From Octopus vulgaris (Eukaryota), in assembly GCA_951406725.2 (NCBI GenBank), contig OX597817.1:68386001-68450000 (forward strand): a DNA stretch of 64,000 bases, given 5' to 3'. Shown here in pieces: positions 57,300 to 64,000 of the stretch; position 1 is the stretch's first letter, and every line of letters starts with the position of its first letter. The position numbers and the translations under genes are program-made. Under the pieces are notes generated by a model. That model was not told the DNA's origin. It did no database searches and saw only the letters and a program-made list of their open reading frames with translations.

Positions 57300-57954
57300 A
57301 TATGTATATATATATATATATATATACGAGCAAAACGCCCCCTGTCCAATGGACGGTGCTGTGTTGTCAAACATTTAAGCCAAATTTTCTTAAAACAACT
57401 TGTCCGACCGTCCCATAGCCCCCCCCCCCCCCGCCTTTGAGAAACACTGATTTAACCTAAATTTGAGACACCGGCAAAAGAAGAAATAAAGATAGACTTT
57501 TTTCTATTCCAAGGAAAAACGATTTTATTCACACAAATATGCAACCGAAGAGTTTAAAGTACCAGTGATGATAAGGCTGTTGACTGGGAGAACACAAACA
57601 TGGTTTAAACAGTAAACTTGGCAGGAAAGAAACATGCCTTTAAGCAGTACAAAAACAACAAAAATGGAAGGTGCAGTTATGTACAGGTTGACGGAAGAAA
57701 AGGAAGACAAAAACGATGCATGCAAGTGGGTTAGCTGGAGGTAAATCTAGATGGAAAAGCATGATGAATTTATGAGAACGTACCAGGAACTATAATAAGT
57801 TTATCCGATAAAACATGTAGGAAATCAACTTGGGGCGATTTTTGATGAAAAGCTACAACGTTATCAACGTAATAGAACAAAATTAAGCAGAATAGTTATT
57901 TTACACCGGGACTTTCAAGTTTTTTTTATATGTATTTAGTGAAAGGTTCAGTGA

Positions 57955-58172
57955 AAAGCGGTGAGCGGGCAGAATCGTTAGCGCGCCGGGCAAAATATTT
58001 AGCGGCATTTCGTCCGTTTTTATGTTCTGAGTTCAAATTCCGCCGAGGCCGAATTTGCCTTTCATACTTTCGGGGTCGACAAAATAAGCATCAATTGAAC
58101 ACTGGTATCGATGTGATTGATTTACCCCTTTCTTTCGAAACTTCTGGCCTTGTGCTAAAATTTGAAATCAAT
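57955..58172 (+). mobile_element. SINE family B
   Basis: gcggtgagcgggcagaatcgttagcgcgccgggc..ttctgagttcaaattccgccgagg..ggccttgtgctaaaatttgaaatcaat. Confidence 0.85.
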
Positions 58173-58502
58173 AAATATTTAGGGAAAACTGGAAGCTTCT
58201 ACTTGAGAAACAGGTAAGGTGATTATCAATAACTACGTAGAGATAAAAAAAACTATGAATTTTGGTTAAAGGCTACTTGAGTAAGATGAAATCAAGATAA
58301 AAAAAAATATTCAAAAGGAAGCTGGCTAGTTGAAATGTGAAATCGCGTATTTCTACAGAATTTATGAAAATGGAGAAGATTGCGAAAAATATATCCCTTT
58401 TGTTACCATATTTCTATTAAATTACACTGTCTTTGTTACATTTCAGTGAAATTCCTCATTATTTAAAAAATAAAAATCTTCTCTCATCAAGAAGCAAATG
58501 TA

Positions 58503-58722
58503 AGATGACAAGCTGGACGAATCGTTAGACCGTCCAACAAAAATGCTTTGCATTATATATTCAACATATTCATTCTAAATTCAAATTTTAGTGAGGTCGG
58601 CGTACCCTGTCATATTTCTCGGAGGAATAAAATAAGTACCAGTTAAACACTACTGTCGATGTAACTGACTTGATCCCTCCAACCAAAATTGTCGGCCTTG
58701 AGCCAAAGCTTGAAACCAATAT
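58503..58722 (+). mobile_element. Old SINE family B copy
   Basis: agctggacgaatcgttag..ttcaaatt..gaggtcg..aaaataagtaccagtt..ggccttgagccaaa. Confidence 0.65.
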
Positions 58723-59357
58723 TGAACAACCGTTTGGAGCAACTAACATGAAATTTTGATGGCAACAATTTAAAATACGAAGTATGGATCATGTAAGCGA
58801 AGTTGGTCTCAAGAGTGGTGAGTTGAGGTATTCCAGTGTTTATGAGTGTACGGACGCGCATGTGTGTTAGACGGTTTAATTTAAGTGTGTGGTGGGGTTG
58901 TTTATTCGCAAGCATTTGTAATAAGTTACTTATTTACGTGGATATTACTTTGAAAATATGGAAGAAGTTGAATATGGTGAATTAAAGATTTAAGCTTACT
59001 GACTCTCAAAAGACGTTGTCTATGTTCTATAATTAAATATTTACCAGTATATCTTGTATTAGTATCTTTGAAAATTCCATTACTTAAGAGGATGTGTCTC
59101 ACTGTACGAAGTGTCTTTGTGCTTTCCAGAATGCGCGCTCGCGTGTATATGTGTGTTTATTGCAATCAATTATTTACTTGCATAGAATTTTAGGTGATAT
59201 GAAGGCATATGTTACAAAATGATTAAAAATTAAAGTTTAAAATTTCTCGATATATGTATTACATGATATGTTCCATATATTTGTATTACGTAAACGATGG
59301 TTCGTAACGTCGTGGCTGATACCTCTCTACATATATACCAACCTACCTAACAACCCT

Positions 59358-59712
59358 ATGGATCCAGGTTCAGTCCCACTGCGTAGCACTTTGGGCAAGT
59401 GTTTTCAACTATAGCCTCGGGCCGTTGAAAGTGATTTGGTAGACGGAAACTGAAAGTAGCTCATCGTATATATATATACACATTTGTGTGTGTGTGTATC
59501 TTTGTGTTTGTCGTTGTCCCCATCACTGCTTGACAACCGGTGTTGATATGTTTGCGTCCACATAACTTACACGTTCAGTAAAAAAGACCGATAAATTAAG
59601 TACTAGGCTTAAAAAGATAAATCTTGGAGTCGATTGTTCAACTAAGACACTTGAAGGCTGTGATCCAGCATGGCCGCAGTCAAATGACTGAAACAAGTAG
59701 AAGAATAAAAGA
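59358..59712 (+). mobile_element. SINE family A
   Basis: ggttcagtcccactgcgtagcactttgggcaagtg..ctatagcctcgggccg..cttgacaaccggtgttg..ccagcatggccgcagtcaaatgactgaaacaag. Confidence 0.88.
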
Positions 59713-60983
59713 ATATATATATATGACGTAATACTTTTATATTCGGGTAGACACCTTGTGGTATGCTGTATTCGGCTATTATATTCCACCGAATTTACGT
59801 ATCTGCAACTATAATGCATGACAATTGGTTTACACAATCTCACCTGTAAGGTACGGGTGTAAGATGAGTGGAAGCGATCGTAGTGGTTCTGAATAAAGGG
59901 TCTTATGAATTTAATTTTTTGTTTCTCACCCTTATATATATGAAATATATCGTTGCTACTATACAAAAGTTTCAACATCAACAGGGTAGTTTTGTATGTA
60001 TGTATGTATGTATGTATGTATGTATGTATGTATGTATGTATGTATGCGTGTTTGTACGTATGTCGTCCAAATTTGGCCAAATGCGGCTTTTTGTTCGATA
60101 TTTATTTTTGCTTGCAATAGCCGGTTCTTTTGGTCAAACTATCGTACCTCCAGCTGCTTCAGATGCCAAGAAATCAAAAATTGTCAAAATGGAGAACAGT
60201 TTTGCTATGGAATGGTGAAACTGCATATATGTATATATGTATATGTATATATGTATGTGTGTATAACTACGGGAATATGTATCTGTATGTATGTATATGC
60301 ATGTATATATTTGCGTGCGTTTTTGTGTGTATATGATTGTATATGTGTATGTATATATATTAATATAATATATTTATCCCCTAGGACAAACACCTTATAT
60401 GGAATGTTTGTTCACCACTTTGATCATGCTCATATAGTGAGAATATATTTTCGATGCTTCCTAATTATATTTCAAAATATCCGTTAACCAAATCAGTTTT
60501 AGTCCTTACACATCTAGACTCAACACTCCCTAACCATGTTTCATCTTACACAATCAATTTATGAATATCCGATTGAGTTATCCGGCGCAGACTCAATATG
60601 GTCTCCTGTAATATTCTTCCGTTACTACTTTTCCTGGTGTTTTCTCCATCTTTTGCACTGAGGAGAATGGTAATACGTAATTAAATTAACTTGATTATAA
60701 TTATAGTTAATTTAATTTTTTTCCATGTTTCTTGCATGTTGGTGTTATCATTTGAAACAATCGTATGCATGGAATAAGATTTTATAAAACGTTTAACACC
60801 TCTTCTTCATCTTCAATTGTTAGTTGAGTTTATATAGGATTATATACTATAAATGCTCATAACCCACCTTATACTTGTTAAACTTTCCCATTTTTTTAAA
60901 GAAATACATTAGTAAGCTACAATTTTAATACGACATCTAACTTTGAACCCCCAGCCAACCAAAAATGTTCTAATTGAACTCAA

Positions 60984-61068
<85 letters not shown>

Positions 61069-61169
61069 TATGGAGAGAAAGAGATACATAAATAGATAGA
61101 TATGTACATTTGCTTTTTTCATGCCTGTTGATTACATTTATGTCATCAATCTCCATGTTAAATATATAT

Positions 61170-61357
61170 GTCTCATATATACGTATCATGCAGTGACTGT
61201 CTAACTGAAACACGTCTTCTCTTTTCTGTCGTAATGATTTCTTTCTGTAGAAAAGTGTATGTCCGAAACGTAAAGCATTTTCTTTCTATTTTTCCTGTGC
61301 GTAAACCGAATGCACTCGGTTTTTTATCTCGTCTTTGTGTTTGTTTAATTTTTACAC
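61170..61357 (+). mobile_element. Decayed PLE-type terminal repeat with variant hammerhead-like motif
   Basis: cttt-CTGTAGA-aaagtgtatgtcc-GAAA-cg-TA-aag (61241-61275), followed by a pyrimidine/GT-rich tail like 57200-57299; ends at (TA)n. Confidence 0.5.
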
Positions 61358-61609
61358 TATATATATATATATATACAAGATAAGAAAATGGAGAAATACA
61401 TCTAAATCAAATATCAATTACCAGATAATACTCAATCACATACTTTATTAAACCACCACATAAGAGACTGTAGGGTTAAATATAAAAAGCAGAACAAATC
61501 AGTGTACATAAAATAGTAATGTTGTATAAAAAAGTTGGGTACTTCACTAGCAGTATATTGGATATATGTTACCCCATGGAGGGTTGCATTTACAGCCTCT
61601 ATCTCAATT

Positions 61610-61657
<48 letters not shown>

Positions 61658-61679
61658 TAGATAGATAGATAGATAGATA

Positions 61680-61886
61680 CAGGGTGTCCCAGAAGTTGCG
61701 CACCATCCTGGGTTTTTTAAAATAATACACCGTTACTGATTTCAAAAACACTTTATTGAAATTAATCGTAACAAATGCTGAAATTGAGCACCCTCTACAA
61801 TAAAACATGCCGAGAATATATAAAATAAAATGCTTTAATTATTTCAAATGAAAACCAGAATGGTGCGCGACTTCTGGGACAGCTTG
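61680..61886. mobile_element. Tc1/mariner-type MITE, 207 bp
   Basis: TIRs of about 36 bp, cagggtgtcccagaagttgcgcaccatcctgggtttt / aaaaccagaatggtgcgcgacttctgggacagcttg; TA on the left flank, TG on the right. Confidence 0.85.
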
Positions 61887-61894
61887 TGTATATA

Positions 61895-62088
61895 AGGAGA
61901 ATTCACAAAAAAAACAACAAAAGACGAAGACAGGTGCTGTAGACAACAAACAAATGTATTAGTATAACGCTCGGGAAGTGAAAAAGTCTTTAACGTTTCG
62001 AGCCTACGCTCTACAACAGGAAGGAACACCAAGAAACGAGGAGAAAAATATAAAGAATGTGTAGTGGCTAGCGAGGTATCATGGCGAA
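61895..62088 (-). mobile_element. PLE-type terminal repeat with variant hammerhead-like motif
   Basis: Minus strand cttc-CTGTTGT-a-GAGC-gtag-GCTC-GAAA-cgtt-aaag (61988-62023); same layout as 55661-55695; flanked by TA repeats. Confidence 0.6.
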
Positions 62089-63245
62089 TATATATATATA
62101 TATGTATATATATGCACATACATATTGTACATGCTTAGATTTGTTTCATGTATAGTTTGTTTATTTATTTATTGTAGAATGAATGCTTTTCAAACTTTTA
62201 CAAGAAGTTTGAGAGTGACCTTTAAGTTTTGGCCAGCGGCCCTTTGTACATACACTCACACAGACACACATAATTACACACGCATACTCACAGGCGCGCG
62301 CAATGAGTTTGCAAACAACTGGAAAAAGCGCTCTATACATAAGAACTAGAGTATAATTAATTTATTATACCACTGTGATTACTACTTTGTTATTCCTCAG
62401 AATAGTATTTTTACTCCTGATCAAAGTTAGTTAAAGCACTTTTGCATTAACCGCAGAATTTGCGTCATCAGGCAATTTACTTGGAAAAAGTAAGAAAGAA
62501 AAATAAACTAAATAAACGAATCTACTTCCAACAAATAAACATAGAATTGCTGCCGTTCTCATTTCACATTTGAGTGCTCTGTAGTATAATAGCTATCCGT
62601 TGCAAATAAACACACACACACACACAGGCACAGACACACACACACACACAGACACATACATTCAAACACTTTCAATCAGACACATACATTCAGACATGCA
62701 CGGACACATAATGATGTATACATTCAGATACACCCGTACTTATGCACACACATACCTTATTTGCTTCGACAATTATTGTCCGGATTTACAAAAACCTAGG
62801 CTAGCATGAAATGAATATGAAAGTAAAACAATAGAAAACTAAACCCACCTGCATATAATATATATATGTATATATACATACATATATAGATAAACACACA
62901 CATACATACGAACATATATATGCATGTATTTATTCATATATATATGTATGTATAAGTATATATATATACACACACACATATATATATATATGAATACATA
63001 CATATATATATTTATATATACGTATATATATATGTATACACAAATACATACACATATATGTATGTGTACATGCATTTATGCATATATATGTTTTTATATG
63101 TATATATGTATGTATATATATATATATATATACATGTATATATATGCATACATATATAAATATGCCAATCTCTCTCTATATATATGTATGCATATATATA
63201 CATATAGGTATACATATATACACATATATACATATCTACATACAT

Positions 63246-63293
<48 letters not shown>

Positions 63294-63649
63294 GCGTGTG
63301 TGTTTGTTGTGTGTGTGTATGTATATATATATATATATATATACACATACGAATATATTACCATTAACATCATCGATCATCATGACGATCACCATGTTTG
63401 TTAGCGTCGCAATCACCTATTTCTTTACGTCTTCTAATTAATTGCCATTTTATTTTCTAATGCAATTATCGAAAGACGCCACTGAAAGGGAGCGTGAATA
63501 TATTGTTTTCTTTTAGGCGTTGATAATGTAAAATCCATTTTGCTAAAAAGGGGACAAATTACATTTCTACTTCGGTGGATTGACAACACACTTTAGATGT
63601 ATGTCCATCTGTTTCCATAGTGAAACAGAACAAGCTGCTGAGAATGAAC

Positions 63650-63824
63650 TACTTACTTACCTACCTACCTACCTATCTACCTACCTACCCACCTACCTAC
63701 CTACCTACCTACCTACCTACCTACCTACCTACCTACCTACCTACCTACCTACTTACCTACCTACCTACCTACTTACCTACCTATATACATACATACATAC
63801 ATACATACATACATACATACATAC
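63650..63824. repeat. (CTAC)n-(ATAC)n tetranucleotide microsatellite
   Basis: Directly visible. Confidence 0.95.
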
Positions 63825-63825
63825 C

Positions 63826-64000
63826 TATTTCTTTATTACCCACAAGGGGCTAAACATAGTGGGGACAAACAAGGACAGACATAGGTATTAAGTCGATTAC
63901 ATCGACTCCCTGTGCGTAACTGGTACTTAATTTATCGACCCCGAAAGGATTAAAGGCAAAGTCGACCTCGGCAGAATTTGAACTCTGAACGTAACGGCAG
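63826..64000 (-). mobile_element. SINE family B (runs off the window end)
   Basis: Reverse complement of about 52025-52190, including the same tail (tgtctg..cttgtttgtcc..tgtttagccc.ttgtgg). Confidence 0.88.

Noticed and set aside
57325-57460. hAT-like terminus tttgagaaacactg
   Set aside because: No matching left TIR or TSD identified.

Overview
AT-rich animal genomic DNA, most likely a coleoid cephalopod such as Octopus. This is inferred from the SINE families and the extreme microsatellite density, not from a database search. No host protein-coding exon, tRNA or rRNA gene was recognised, and most entries in the ORF track are read-through of (TA)n, (CA)n and trinucleotide repeats. The window is a nested set of decayed transposons: two CR1-like LINEs, three R4/Dong-like RLE-LINE fragments (two abut (TAA)n), a Tx1/L1 3' end, RTE relics, a full-length dead mariner, a second Tc1/mariner relic, hAT and Tc1/mariner MITEs, a Helitron PIF1-helicase relic next to a 6.9-kb 13-bp satellite with higher-order duplication, and more than a dozen tRNA-type SINEs. 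The most interesting layer does not appear in the ORF track: several Penelope-like (PLE) remnants sit in microsatellites, with GIY-YIG relics, inverted or tandem terminal repeats forming long palindromes, and minimal hammerhead-ribozyme motifs. Two of these motifs have intact cores and others have variant cores (U3-A8, U6). All coordinates were read by eye, and element boundaries are approximate unless a TSD or TIR is cited.
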